Shown here: positions 46,458 through 56,048 of the stretch, one piece after another
Layout of the letters: each line of letters begins with the position of its first letter
Position numbering within the stretch: position 1 is the first letter of the stretch
NCBI GenBank assembly: GCA_001587575.1
Contig: LNJC01000002.1
Location: forward strand, 9,418 to 73,417
Direction of reading: 5' to 3'
Origin: Candidatus Methanofastidiosum methylothiophilum
GTDB lineage: Archaea; Methanobacteriota_B; Thermococci; Methanofastidiosales; Methanofastidiosaceae
DNA: 64,000 bases
Notes under the pieces: model-generated
The model's database searches: none
What the model saw: only the letters and a program-made list of their open reading frames with translations
What the model was told of the DNA's origin: nothing
Translations under genes and position numbers: made by a program

Positions 46458-47644
46458 TAAGAGTGGGGGAAAATGCTAGAAAAGATAAGGCAGAAGTAGA
46501 AGTTCCAGTTGGTCTTTTACATCCTGCAATGCTTGAGCCATATAGAGCAAGATTCTTTGTTGAAGATGAAGTAATTGTAGATTGTGAACTTACTCTTGAT
46601 CCTTACCATAAAGGTATTGAAAGAATCATGGAAGGAATGCCTGTTCACAAAGGACTTATAATCACTGAGAGAATTTGCGGTATATGTTCTCACATACATC
46701 TTTGGAACGGTACAAGAGCCGTTGAAAGAGGGCTAAAAATTAAAGTTCCAGAGAGAGCAGATTATATAAGAGTTATAATGGCTGAGCTTGAGAGGCTTCA
46801 CAGCCACTTGATTTACTTAGCTCATGCAACAGAAGTGTTGGGCCACGAAACAATGTGTATGAGGGCCTTTACTTTGAGGGAAGACATAATGGATCTTTTA
46901 TATATAATCTCAGGTAACAGAGTTCACTATGCAGTTCCTATATTGGGCGGTGTAAGACCTAGATGCGACATTGATGAATACAGATTATCAGAGCTAGAGA
47001 CAAGATTAGCAAAATTAAAAATAAAAATAGGGGATTACGCAAATAGGGTCGTTAATGATTCAATGATTATGTCAAGGATCAAAGGAAGTGGCGTATTAAC
47101 TAAAGAAGAAGCTATAAAATATGCAGCACCCGGGCCAACAGGAAGAGCAAGTGGATGGGGAGTTGACCTTAGAAAGAAAATGAAAGAATACAAGAATTTT
47201 GATTTCAATGTTATAGTTCTTGATGATGGGGATAATAAAGACAGAGTTGTAGCAAGAGCCCTAGAATCAATTGAAGCTATCAAGATTATTGAGCAAGCAC
47301 TCGAATCATTACCCGAGGGACCTATATCAAACAGAAGTTTTGAATTAAAAGAAATGAAATTTTCAACTTCTTACATTGAAGCTCCAAGAGGAGAAATATA
47401 CGATTCTCTTGCACTAGATGAAACTGGTAGAATACGAAACTACCAAAACAGAACTCCAACTTTAACTGCTTTAGCCGCAATGGAAGTCGCATGTATAGGG
47501 GATCAATTAACCGATGGCATGCTTACGATGGCAAGCTGTGATCCATGTCTTGCATGTACTAACAGGGCAATTGTAGTAGAAAATGGAAAGGAGAGGATCT
47601 TTACAGAGGAAGATGTGAAAAGTCTAATTAGGAGGGGTCTATAA
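46454..47644 (+). CDS. Group-4 energy-converting [NiFe] hydrogenase large subunit (EhbN-like)
   Basis: N-terminal Ni-binding motif RICGICSHIH and C-terminal DPCLACTNR (DPCxxCxx[H/R]). 396 aa. Confidence 0.8.
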   Translation: MIRVGENARKDKAEVEVPVGLLHPAMLEPYRARFFVEDEVIVDCELTLDPYHKGIERIMEGMPVHKGLIITERICGICSHIHLWNGTRAVERGLKIKVPERADYIRVIMAELERLHSHLIYLAHATEVLGHETMCMRAFTLREDIMDLLYIISGNRVHYAVPILGGVRPRCDIDEYRLSELETRLAKLKIKIGDYANRVVNDSMIMSRIKGSGVLTKEEAIKYAAPGPTGRASGWGVDLRKKMKEYKNFDFNVIVLDDGDNKDRVVARALESIEAIKIIEQALESLPEGPISNRSFELKEMKFSTSYIEAPRGEIYDSLALDETGRIRNYQNRTPTLTALAAMEVACIGDQLTDGMLTMASCDPCLACTNRAIVVENGKERIFTEEDVKSLIRRGL

Positions 47645-48696
47645 TGATTGAACTTATACTTGCTACTATAATTATACCCTTGGCAGCATTGATTACTGGA
47701 TTTCTCATTCCCGGAGTAGAAAGAAAAGTTCAGGCTAGAATACAACAGAGAATAGGCCCGCCTTTACTAACTCCAGGTTTTTGGGCAATTCTTAAGTTCT
47801 TCTATAAAGAAAAAATTAAACCAAATTCACCAATGCCAAGACTATTTCATAGCTTACCTATAATAGGCATATTTGTAATGTTCTTTGCAGTACTATTCAC
47901 TACTCCAGAATGGTGGAGTTTAAACGCATTAGGGACTGTTGTCGCTGTAGTAGGACTCCTTAAAGTGATAGAATTCTTGTTCATGGCAATTGGTAGCTTT
48001 TCAAGATCTATTCTTTCCGTTTCCATGCCATATGCAGATCAGATTAAAGGGGCCGTAATGAAAGGAGATTATAGGAGATTCTTTGAGCAGCAGAGTGTAC
48101 TTAGGGCATTTAAAATGATAACAGTAGGTTCATTCCCACTTTACCTTGCAATGTTTGTGCCAGTAGTTCTAGTAAAATCTATTAATTTTTCCGACATAGT
48201 TCAATTCCAAGGATTTGACGCATCATTTATCTATCCTGGCGGATTAATTGATTTAATGTATCTAGAAAAGATCTTAAGTCTTAAACCAATTTTATTCACA
48301 TTTCCTGGAATGTTAGCTGGATTTGTGTTCTTTGTCGGATATATAATGTTATTAAATGAATATCCGTTCAGCATTGAAAAAGCTAAGTCAGATGTAATCG
48401 AAGGGCCATCACTTGAATACGCAGCTTGGGCAAGAGGCGGTTACTACTTAATGAGAGAATCTATACTCTTTGCATTGTCTAGCGTATTTATAACAATGTT
48501 CATTGGGCTTCCACCAACTCTTAACTTACCCCTGCTCCTTGTACATTGCTTACTATGTTTGATAATGCCAATATTATTCTCAATAGTATCTGCATTTTCA
48601 CCCATATTCACATTTAAGCAGATTTATCCTGTTTCAATGGGATTCACAGCACTTGGATTCCTAGCAATGATAGTATCTTTATTGGCGGTGATGTAA
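47644..48696 (+). CDS. NuoH-like integral membrane subunit (EhbO/MbhM-like)
   Basis: 350 aa, ~8 TM. Operon position immediately after the large subunit. Confidence 0.6.
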   Translation: MIELILATIIIPLAALITGFLIPGVERKVQARIQQRIGPPLLTPGFWAILKFFYKEKIKPNSPMPRLFHSLPIIGIFVMFFAVLFTTPEWWSLNALGTVVAVVGLLKVIEFLFMAIGSFSRSILSVSMPYADQIKGAVMKGDYRRFFEQQSVLRAFKMITVGSFPLYLAMFVPVVLVKSINFSDIVQFQGFDASFIYPGGLIDLMYLEKILSLKPILFTFPGMLAGFVFFVGYIMLLNEYPFSIEKAKSDVIEGPSLEYAAWARGGYYLMRESILFALSSVFITMFIGLPPTLNLPLLLVHCLLCLIMPILFSIVSAFSPIFTFKQIYPVSMGFTALGFLAMIVSLLAVM

Positions 48697-48697
48697 A

Positions 48698-49009
48698 ATG
48701 GCTAAATTCATACTTTTTCCAAAAGATGTACAGAACATGGGCGGATATATCGTTGAAAATGTTGCAAAACTAGGATATAGAGACATAATCGTAGGAAATC
48801 CAACAGATGAACCAATTAAAATTGAAATTCCAGTTTACAATGAAGATATTGTTAAGAGCTACGAGCAGCTTGGAGTAATTGTTTACAGAATGAAATCTGA
48901 CGAATCATTAATCTCTGCCCTTGACAAAGTAAAGGCAATTGTAAAAACAGACACCCTAAAAGACTTGAGCTACGATATTCCAAAAAAGAAAAAAACAGCA
49001 AAGAAATAA
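48698..49009 (+). CDS. Small soluble protein of the hydrogenase operon (EhbP-like?)
   Basis: 103 aa hydrophilic ORF translationally coupled to the preceding gene. Confidence 0.35.
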   Translation: MAKFILFPKDVQNMGGYIVENVAKLGYRDIIVGNPTDEPIKIEIPVYNEDIVKSYEQLGVIVYRMKSDESLISALDKVKAIVKTDTLKDLSYDIPKKKKTAKK

Positions 49010-49023
49010 TATTTTATTTTTTA

Positions 49024-49587
49024 TTACATTTCTCTTAAATTTTCATTAAGAGTCTCAATCTTCTTTTTTATTCTATCAATTAGTTGATTTGCTATTTCTA
49101 CTAACATCATTACGTATTCTTCACTAGGATAGATTTTACCATCTTTAACAATCGGAACATCCATCTTCTCAGTTGACCGTATTTCAACAATAATTTTATC
49201 AGTAAAAGAAAAAATTGAAGAATATTTAAATCCTGACTCCTTAGAAATATTGATTAATCTCTTCGCGGATTCAAGATCCTTGCAAACAACGTGGATTATG
49301 GACGAATTTACTATTAAAAAGAGCATCTTATTTCCAGTATACTCATTAATAATTCTCCATATATTTTTATAATCTACTTTCTCATGACTCTTAAAAATAA
49401 AATTAGATTCCTTCTTACCGCCTATTTCTTCTAGCTCAATAAGGATTATCCGTCCTGCACAGCTTGAGGTAGTATAATAATTCTCTTTAGAGTTTAGAAT
49501 ATTTAAAGTATCAATTATCCTTAGGTCTACTTCCCCTTCTTGGATGACTCTTTTCAAATCTTCAAGGTATCTTGATTTATCTTTCAT
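49024..49587 (-). CDS. taw3: tRNA wybutosine/wyosine-synthesizing protein Taw3 (TYW3 family methyltransferase)
   Basis: Conserved TYW3 motif SSCAGRI. 187 aa. Confidence 0.65.
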   Translation of the reverse strand: MKDKSRYLEDLKRVIQEGEVDLRIIDTLNILNSKENYYTTSSCAGRIILIELEEIGGKKESNFIFKSHEKVDYKNIWRIINEYTGNKMLFLIVNSSIIHVVCKDLESAKRLINISKESGFKYSSIFSFTDKIIVEIRSTEKMDVPIVKDGKIYPSEEYVMMLVEIANQLIDRIKKKIETLNENLREM

Positions 49588-49589
49588 AC

Positions 49590-50120
49590 TTACCGATACA
49601 TTATTTTATCTAAACTTTTTTTAAGTCTTTCAGTTATAACAATTGCAATTATTCCACCGACTACAAACTGCAGTATATTGAATGGAACTTCTACAAGTGC
49701 AACTGGAGGAGGTATCAAAAATACCAATATTTCAACTATAAAATATCCAATAACCATTATACTACCGCCAACAAATATCCCCATTAATTTATTTGTTGTT
49801 TTTTGATTACTATAAGATATTTTACCTACTACCCATCCTTCAATACCTTTTATGATAAATGTAAAAGGAGCAAAGGCAGCATAAGGAGATGTTAAATCTG
49901 CAAGAGCCGGACCAATAGCACCAACAAGCCCTCCAACAAATGGCCCGAATAATATCGCTGCAATATAAATAATAGCTTCTCCAAAGTTAAGATACCCTCC
50001 TGTCTGAAGAATCGGTATCTGGATAAATCTAGTTGCAACAAATGCAAGTGCAGAGAATACGGCAACTATCCCTATGTTTTTAGGATCTTTTATTTTTGCC
50101 AAAATTATCACATCCAACAA
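49590..50120 (-). CDS. ECF-type substrate-capture (S) component, BioY-like membrane protein
   Basis: 176 aa, 5-6 TM, BioY-like GGYLNFGEAIIYIAAILFGP segment. Confidence 0.45.
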   Translation of the reverse strand: MLDVIILAKIKDPKNIGIVAVFSALAFVATRFIQIPILQTGGYLNFGEAIIYIAAILFGPFVGGLVGAIGPALADLTSPYAAFAPFTFIIKGIEGWVVGKISYSNQKTTNKLMGIFVGGSIMVIGYFIVEILVFLIPPPVALVEVPFNILQFVVGGIIAIVITERLKKSLDKIMYR

Positions 50121-51534
50121 GATAATCTAACAAGGCTTCAAGCATACCTAGAAGGGTATGATTGTCAGCTTCAATTGTGGGATAAATTCCATTTTTGATT
50201 AATCCATTACTTGTTTCAGGTCCGATTGAAACAATAATTTCTGCGTTCAATCCCATCTTTTTAAATGCGTCAGCATTTGAAGAGCTCGAAATAAATGCAA
50301 TGTCAAAATTCTTTTTGCCAGGAATATCTCTTCTCATATTAACTTTATATACGTCAACTCTTGTAACATCATGAAACTCTTTTAGTCTTTCTTCTAGATA
50401 TCCTGGTGCTTCCTGCGATCTTAAAGTCAAAATTCTTTTTCTCTCTTTAAATTCCGATATCATGAATTTTGCAAGTTCCTTTGAATTGTATTTTTCAGGC
50501 CTTCTTGAGTAAATTCCTTTTTCAATTAGTTTTTCTTCAGTTTTAGGCCCAATAGTATAGTATTCTATATCTTTAGGTAAATCAATATTTTCAAGCCTAT
50601 CAACACCTTTAGCACTTGTAAGGACTACCACATCATAATCAGACAAATTAGGAACTTTGAAATCGATATTTATTATCTCAATAAGCGAGTATGCATAGAC
50701 CTTTGCACCCATTTTTTTCATGATTTCTAGTTCTTCTCCGCTTTCTCTGGAAACAAATATTTCTTTTCCTTTAATCAAGGATAATTTTTTCTCGAAGAAG
50801 TCAAGTTTATCCCTAAATAAAACGTTTTTACCTACAAATATAACAGAAGGCGGTTCTGCAGGGGTCTTGCCTAGTGTACTTAAATCACAAATTGTTGTTT
50901 CTTGTAATAGAGAAGTTCCATTTTTGATTATGGCAACTGGCGTCTTTGGATCGAATCCTGCTTTTATAAGATTTTGAGCTATTGCTTCTCTATTTTTTAT
51001 CCCCATTACTATAACTAAAGTATCTGGAAGCTTATTCCAATTAATACTGAATGACTTATTTTCAGCTTCGTGGCCAGTTAGAAATGCAAAAACTGAGTTT
51101 GATTCTCTATAAGAAAGAGGAATTCCTGAATACATAGGGCACGAGACAGTGGACGAAATTCCTGGAATAACTTCAAAAGGTATACCCCTTTCATAAAGAT
51201 ACATTGCCTCCTCTGCACCCCTTCCAAAAATATATGGATCTCCTCCTTTTAGTCTAACGACTATCTTGTAATCTTTTCCATAGTCGTAAAGTTCTCTATT
51301 AATGTCCTCTTGAAATTGACTAGAGCCTTCTGACTTCTTTCCAACGTATACTTTAATACATTCTTTTTTAGAATATGAGAGTAGGTCCTTACTTACAAGT
51401 TTGTCGTATAGGATAACATCAGCTTTCTTAATCAATTCTAGGGCTTTAACCGTGATTAATTTTGGGTCACCCGGACCTGCCCCTACTATATAAACAACCA
51501 AAAGATCACTCTCTAATATTGACTCTCTTAGCAA
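50080..51534 (-). CDS. Uroporphyrinogen-III C-methyltransferase fused to uroporphyrinogen-III synthase (CobA/HemD)
   Basis: N-terminal SUMT motifs (VYIVGAGPGDPKLITVKA...ADVILYD) and a C-terminal HemD-like half. 484 aa. Confidence 0.75.
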   Translation of the reverse strand: MLRESILESDLLVVYIVGAGPGDPKLITVKALELIKKADVILYDKLVSKDLLSYSKKECIKVYVGKKSEGSSQFQEDINRELYDYGKDYKIVVRLKGGDPYIFGRGAEEAMYLYERGIPFEVIPGISSTVSCPMYSGIPLSYRESNSVFAFLTGHEAENKSFSINWNKLPDTLVIVMGIKNREAIAQNLIKAGFDPKTPVAIIKNGTSLLQETTICDLSTLGKTPAEPPSVIFVGKNVLFRDKLDFFEKKLSLIKGKEIFVSRESGEELEIMKKMGAKVYAYSLIEIINIDFKVPNLSDYDVVVLTSAKGVDRLENIDLPKDIEYYTIGPKTEEKLIEKGIYSRRPEKYNSKELAKFMISEFKERKRILTLRSQEAPGYLEERLKEFHDVTRVDVYKVNMRRDIPGKKNFDIAFISSSSNADAFKKMGLNAEIIVSIGPETSNGLIKNGIYPTIEADNHTLLGMLEALLDYLVGCDNFGKNKRS

Positions 51535-52402
51535 GGTCTTTTGCTAACTTTATATAATCTTCCTTATTTCCTTTTATTTCGCCTCTAACAGACTTAGTGC
51601 CCTCAAAATTACCCACAAATGCTTTGAGTTCTATTTCATCTCTATTAATAAAAGAAAGAGCACCTACCGGTAAGTTACATCCTCCGCCTACATCAATCAT
51701 GAATTGCCTCTCACACATTGTTTCAATTCTAGTTTTTCCATCATCGATATTTTTTAATATTTTTTTTATCTTAGAATCCTCTTTTCTACATACAATAGCC
51801 AAAGCTCCTTGTCCTGGAGCAGGAATAATAATCTCTGGGCTTATTCGAGAAAAATTATATCCTTCAATTTGATTTATCTCTCCATACAATCTTCTGAATC
51901 CAGATTCAGCAACTATTATTGCATCATACTGTCCTTCCTTTAGTTTTCTTATTCTTGTATCTAAATTTCCTCTAATGTCTTTTAGATCTAGATCTGGACG
52001 AATTCTTGATATTTCAGATTTTCTTCTTAAGGAGGATGTGCCAACCGAAGCCTGTTCTGGAAGTTCTTCTATAGATTCTTCAATACTTATTATGGCGTCG
52101 TATGGAGGCCTTCTTTTTGTAATAGCGCAAATTTCAAGTTCTGGTAAAATATCAGTTGGATAATCTTTAAGTGAATGAATGGCAAAATCAATTTGATTAT
52201 TAATAAGGGCATCATCTATTTCTTTTATAAATAGGCCTTTACTTCCTATCTTGTGTAATGGAAGATCAAGAATCTGGTCACCTTTAGTTTTTATTATCTT
52301 TTTTTCAACTTCTATTCCAGTTATACTAGATAACTCCACGATAGCTTCATCAGTTTGAGTCAAAGCTAACTTAGATCCTCTTGTACCGCAAATAAGTTTC
52401 AT
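51506..52402 (-). CDS. hemC: Porphobilinogen deaminase (hydroxymethylbilane synthase)
   Basis: N-terminal ICGTRGSKLALTQT and dipyrromethane cofactor Cys context (GGGCNLP). Confidence 0.85.
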   Translation of the reverse strand: MKLICGTRGSKLALTQTDEAIVELSSITGIEVEKKIIKTKGDQILDLPLHKIGSKGLFIKEIDDALINNQIDFAIHSLKDYPTDILPELEICAITKRRPPYDAIISIEESIEELPEQASVGTSSLRRKSEISRIRPDLDLKDIRGNLDTRIRKLKEGQYDAIIVAESGFRRLYGEINQIEGYNFSRISPEIIIPAPGQGALAIVCRKEDSKIKKILKNIDDGKTRIETMCERQFMIDVGGGCNLPVGALSFINRDEIELKAFVGNFEGTKSVRGEIKGNKEDYIKLAKDLAKRVNIRE

Positions 52403-52409
52403 TTTATCC

Positions 52410-53672
52410 TCATTTTTTAATTGTCTTTAGTGCAGCGCCCATATTCTCTAAAGTCTTATCAATGATATCCGCATCATGGCTTATAGATAAGAAATTACAT
52501 TCAAATTGAGAGGGGGGTAAAAATACTCCTCTTTTTAATAGCTCTTTATGAAATTTTTTAAACATTTCTGTATCAGATTTCTTAGCGTCTTCGTAATTTT
52601 TTACTTTATCTACGCCAAAATACAAGCAAAACATTCCTGGAGCTCCATATAGAGCAGTTTTCATTTTTGAAGTCATGTCAGATATTCCATCCATAATCTT
52701 ATCTGTCATCTCCTTTATGTTTGCATAAGTTTCTTTTCTCTCCAGGATGTCTAATGTTTTCAATCCCGCCGCAATAGAAATAGGATTTCCATTAAAGGTA
52801 CCCGCGTTATATACATGTCCCTCTGGGGATACTTCATTCATTATCTTCTTTTTTCCACCAAAAGCTGCAAGTGGAAATCCTCCACCTATTATTTTCCCCA
52901 TTGTGATAATGTCACCATTTACTTTGAAATATTCTTGAGCTCCACCCAAGCTAACTCTAAATCCAGTGATAACTTCATCCATAATTAATAATGTTCCGTT
53001 CTGTTTTGCTACCCTTTTTACTTCTTTTAGATAACCTTTTTCTGGCATAATACAGCCGGCATTTGCCACTATAGGCTCTATTATTACCCCAGCAACATCA
53101 CCCTTCTCTAGAACAGATGACAATGCTTCTATGTTATTAAATTGGACAGAAATAGTATTTTTTATTGAAGCCTCTGGAATTCCTTTTGATCCAGGAATTG
53201 CAGTAGTCATTACACCAGAACCTGCTTTTACTAAAACTGTGTCATGAGCCCCATGGAATCCACCATCAAATTTTACTATCTTTTGTCTTTCAGTTATCCC
53301 TCTTGCAAGCCTTATAGCATTCATAGTTGCTTCAGTACCTGTGCTAACACATCTTACCTTTTCTACATTAGGCACAACTTGGGCCAATCTTTTAGCAAAA
53401 ATAATCTCATTTTCGGTAGGGGTGCCATATGCAGTTCCTTTCTCAAGTTGATGTTTAATAGCATCAAGAATCTCTGGATTTTTATGGCCTAACATCATTG
53501 GGCCATAACATAAGCAGTAGTCTATGTAACTGTTCCCTTCGACATCTAATAACATTGCACCTTTTGCTCTTTCCGTAAAAAATGGATAAGGTTTCATTGC
53601 CCTAACAGGACTATTAACTCCACCACAAAGATATTTTTTAGATTCTTCAAAGAGATCTTTATTGTTTCTCAT
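52410..53672 (-). CDS. hemL: Glutamate-1-semialdehyde 2,1-aminomutase
   Basis: Class-III aminotransferase with PLP-lysine region (LIMDEVITGFR ... TMGKIIGGG). 420 aa. Confidence 0.85.
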   Translation of the reverse strand: MRNNKDLFEESKKYLCGGVNSPVRAMKPYPFFTERAKGAMLLDVEGNSYIDYCLCYGPMMLGHKNPEILDAIKHQLEKGTAYGTPTENEIIFAKRLAQVVPNVEKVRCVSTGTEATMNAIRLARGITERQKIVKFDGGFHGAHDTVLVKAGSGVMTTAIPGSKGIPEASIKNTISVQFNNIEALSSVLEKGDVAGVIIEPIVANAGCIMPEKGYLKEVKRVAKQNGTLLIMDEVITGFRVSLGGAQEYFKVNGDIITMGKIIGGGFPLAAFGGKKKIMNEVSPEGHVYNAGTFNGNPISIAAGLKTLDILERKETYANIKEMTDKIMDGISDMTSKMKTALYGAPGMFCLYFGVDKVKNYEDAKKSDTEMFKKFHKELLKRGVFLPPSQFECNFLSISHDADIIDKTLENMGAALKTIKK

Positions 53673-53700
53673 AAATATTCTTTAAAATAGAAACTTATAA

Positions 53701-54360
53701 CTATTTCGAATCTTCGTCTATTCTCTTTAGAAGAAGTATAGCATCTTCTCTCTTTATGTCGACTTTATTATCTTTGATGAACATAGTAAATTCAGAAAAA
53801 GATTTGTTCAATTTTCTTTCAGAATCATGAATTATTTTTTCCCATCTTCTTTCTGGGAAATAGATACTTTTTGCAGAGTTAAATATGGTTTCAGAATCTT
53901 GTTTAGTTATAATATTTTTATTAATAGCCTTATTTATTGTTTCCCTTATGTTTACAAGAGGTTCGGATATTGGAATAAATTCTTCACTGTCAAATGACAA
54001 TGCAACTTCATCATCAGAATTTAAAGTTCCATTCCTGTACCATTGATATATTTTTCCAACACCTATCATACCATACTTATCAAGTTCTGAAGCTCTCAAT
54101 GCACCCATACTCGATGCACCATATAGTTTTACATTTGTCTTAAGAATTTCCATTAACTCTCTTGGGGAGACAGCACTTTCTCTAAAGAAAATTCCATCAA
54201 TAATACCGATTATATTAAAGCCTTCAGAAACTGCTTTTGGGATATCGCCTCTTTTTATTGGAGGGGCATATCTAACTTCTCTATTCTCATTTGAGTCCAA
54301 TATTTTTTTTGCTTCATCTATGGGAAGGCTTGGGCCCAAATAGATAATAATTCTTATCAA
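53701..54360 (-). CDS. tfuA: TfuA-like protein (partner of YcaO in peptide thioamidation)
   Basis: 219 aa, TfuA-domain pattern (IIIYLGPSL...YAPPIKRGDI...IIGIIDGIF). It overlaps the ycaO stop. Confidence 0.65.
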   Translation of the reverse strand: MIRIIIYLGPSLPIDEAKKILDSNENREVRYAPPIKRGDIPKAVSEGFNIIGIIDGIFFRESAVSPRELMEILKTNVKLYGASSMGALRASELDKYGMIGVGKIYQWYRNGTLNSDDEVALSFDSEEFIPISEPLVNIRETINKAINKNIITKQDSETIFNSAKSIYFPERRWEKIIHDSERKLNKSFSEFTMFIKDNKVDIKREDAILLLKRIDEDSK

Positions 54361-55597
54361 CTTCTCTCATCCTTCCTCTCGACCCTATCCTTGAATTATC
54401 AATCCCATACTGTTCAAGTTGAGGAACAAGAACTCTTACTACCGGTATCCCTAATTCACTTCTTGTAAGATCAACAACTATGGCCCTATTAATTCCGTTT
54501 TTAATTAAACTATCAAGAACGGTATTAATATCTTCGAGTATATCATCTGAGGCTTTTTCTGTGAAATCAGAAGTTTTTGTTTCTACTCCAAACTGATTTA
54601 AATAATACCAATTCAATCTTCTGATACGGTCATAACCTATTCTTCTTTTAATGTCTGCTTTCTGTGTGTCTTCTCTAGCCCCATGAATTTGAGTCAATCT
54701 TGATTGTGCAGCTTCAGTTATTGCTCGGTACAAAGCAACCTTTGGATCGATATGTGTTCCCATCCCCATTACCATCAATGTAGGATCTTTTAATTTCAAA
54801 TCATCTATTGCAGCAAGAATTGTTGGGATTTTTATATCCGAAGTTATATCTTTAAATACGAGTTCTATTTGATTTTCTTTAAATCTATTAAGAAAATCTT
54901 CAAGCAGAGGATCTTTAATTTCAATTACTAGATCTTTTGGAAATGTTCTTTTCATTTCAACTAGGGACCAGGCATCTCTTTCAATAACCTCACACAATCC
55001 ATGAAATATTGCCTCTTCTAGAGTATTCCCAGAAGCCAAACCATTTGTATTTGTCCTGAAAAGTGGGTAGTCCCTTTTTAGAGGATATGGGTGAAATACA
55101 GAGTTTGCAGGTACGTAAATATCTTCTTTTCTGATAAGGTCATAACCCTTAACCCAACCAATTCTTATATATTCATTATACATTTCAGGAGCCGGTAATA
55201 TCAGTTCATAAGGAGACAAATAATTTACTTTTCCATCCAACTCTGCTTGAGAAGAATCAATAATTATTCTTTCATCTAATTCAGAAGAGTATCTTTCAAT
55301 ACCTTCCATTATGGCCGAAACTTCAGCCTCTGTTTTTGAAACGCCTTTACCATTATAGACAGAAACGGATCCTATAGATGCATCCGGTCTTACTGCCGAA
55401 AATACAGGAATCCCAAGTCTGTCTAGGTCAGTTATATCTGCAACTCTTGTTATTCCACATATCTCAAGTTTTTCTTTTACAATTTTCAAAGTTTCTTCTG
55501 GGGGAATAGCTCTGTGGGTATCCTTCATATATTGTTTTTTACAACTTCTTAATTCCATTTTATCTCCCGAATATTGAACTGTCCAAAAAGATGTCAA
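54314..55597 (-). CDS. ycaO: YcaO-domain protein (ATP-dependent amide-backbone activating enzyme; thioamidation-type)
   Basis: 427 aa, YcaO core (GKGVSKTEAEVSAIMEGIERYS...). The immediately downstream tfuA is diagnostic of the thioamide-forming subclass. Confidence 0.7.
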   Translation of the reverse strand: MTSFWTVQYSGDKMELRSCKKQYMKDTHRAIPPEETLKIVKEKLEICGITRVADITDLDRLGIPVFSAVRPDASIGSVSVYNGKGVSKTEAEVSAIMEGIERYSSELDERIIIDSSQAELDGKVNYLSPYELILPAPEMYNEYIRIGWVKGYDLIRKEDIYVPANSVFHPYPLKRDYPLFRTNTNGLASGNTLEEAIFHGLCEVIERDAWSLVEMKRTFPKDLVIEIKDPLLEDFLNRFKENQIELVFKDITSDIKIPTILAAIDDLKLKDPTLMVMGMGTHIDPKVALYRAITEAAQSRLTQIHGAREDTQKADIKRRIGYDRIRRLNWYYLNQFGVETKTSDFTEKASDDILEDINTVLDSLIKNGINRAIVVDLTRSELGIPVVRVLVPQLEQYGIDNSRIGSRGRMREVDKNYYLFGPKPSHR

Positions 55598-56048
55598 TCA
55601 TATAATCAAATGGGATAATGTTAAGCCATCCTGCCTTTTCAAATACGCTCATGAAACAAATCCCAATTACTTTTTTATCTTTATTTCCTATACCTTCTAT
55701 AAATTTTTTCATCGAATTAACTTCTGGCCCTCCTTTCATCGCAAGTCCACCCATTATTATCAATAAATCGGGGCTGTAAGGATCTCCTCCGCTGATAAAA
55801 TCACAATCAACACTTGATAAAATAACTTTATATGGATTATCAAGATTTATAGACGGGACATAAATAATCTCTTTATTCATCGATCTAATTACATAGGTTA
55901 AAAGTTCAATAAAAGGTGTACAAGTAAAATTATTTCCTGTAAATACTATCTTCTTAATTTCTTTTTCTTTGTTAAGGTCTTCCACGATCTGCTTAAAAGT
56001 TCTTAAAAATCCGGTAAGCCCTTTAGATTCAATTTCGATCTTTTTCAA
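55560..56048 (-). CDS. Hypothetical protein (162 aa) between the Nog1-like GTPase and ycaO
   Basis: ORF overlapping both neighbours (operonic), with no recognisable motif. Confidence 0.35.
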   Translation of the reverse strand: MKKIEIESKGLTGFLRTFKQIVEDLNKEKEIKKIVFTGNNFTCTPFIELLTYVIRSMNKEIIYVPSINLDNPYKVILSSVDCDFISGGDPYSPDLLIIMGGLAMKGGPEVNSMKKFIEGIGNKDKKVIGICFMSVFEKAGWLNIIPFDYMIDIFLDSSIFGR

